From Tubiluchus corallicola (Eukaryota > Animalia > Priapulida), in contig JAQGDQ010000474.1 of the NCBI GenBank assembly GCA_030141605.1, forward strand, positions 62,001 to 126,000: a stretch of DNA of 64,000 nt. The letters are read 5' to 3'. Each line of letters begins with the position of its first letter. Position 1 is the first letter of the stretch. The translations under genes were made by a program, and so were the position numbers. The notes beneath the pieces were generated by a model, which was given only the letters and a program-made list of their open reading frames with translations, did no database searches and had not been told where the DNA came from. Shown here piece by piece: positions 63,655 to 64,000 of the stretch.

Positions 63655-63960
63655 AAACATTTCATGAGCGTGTTGCACGTATTTGCGAGAGCAAAAAATC
63701 GAAATACAGCACTATTGTACAACATTCAGTGTGATATACAAAACCTCGATAAAGTTTAAGTTTAAAAATTTAAATTTCGAGTTTACTGCTATGCTTAACA
63801 CATGAGCACAGACAAAACCTCGATAAATTTTAAATTTAAAAATTTAAATTTCAAGTTTACTGCTATGCTTAACACATGAGCTTAGTGATTTGCACTACAT
63901 CAGAAGTGATCTAAGAGGTACAGCACATGTTTTTTGTGTAACGAGATGCAGGCCCCGTGT
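63655..63960. repeat. Dispersed repeat (inverted copy of ~58800-59030) with a ~73-bp tandem duplication
   Basis: catgagcgtgttgcacgt..ttgcga vs tcgcaaacacgtgcaacacgctcatg; caaaacctcgataaa...catgagc occurs twice. Confidence 0.65.
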
Positions 63961-64000
63961 CCATCTAAGTGGAGAGTGACAAAATGCATATAACTGCGCG

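Overview
AT-rich, intron-rich animal (invertebrate-like) genomic DNA, not prokaryotic. Host genes: a 3-exon ATP synthase subunit e gene (+, 1861-3148), an intronless stomatin/band-7 gene (+, 40375-41283), and the last 10 coding exons of NPLOC4/Npl4 (-, 62151-45304; the 5' exons are not seen and probably lie beyond the window). Between ATP5ME and stomatin is a ~35 kb transposon-dense interval with six THAP zinc-finger coding exons, all on the minus strand. One forms a spliced gene using a GC-AG intron inside the THAP domain, one forms a 4-exon minigene model, one lies in a P-like TIR element, and one is head-to-head with a decayed KolX-like (Kolobok) ORF. The window also holds pogo/Tigger elements encoding only the CENP-B-type DNA-binding domain, hAT and pogo MITEs, a Helitron, a solo LTR, 5S-rRNA-headed SINEs, CR1/L2/RTE fragments and many unrelated minisatellites concentrated in the right third. 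All family assignments come from motif recognition by eye; no searches were run.
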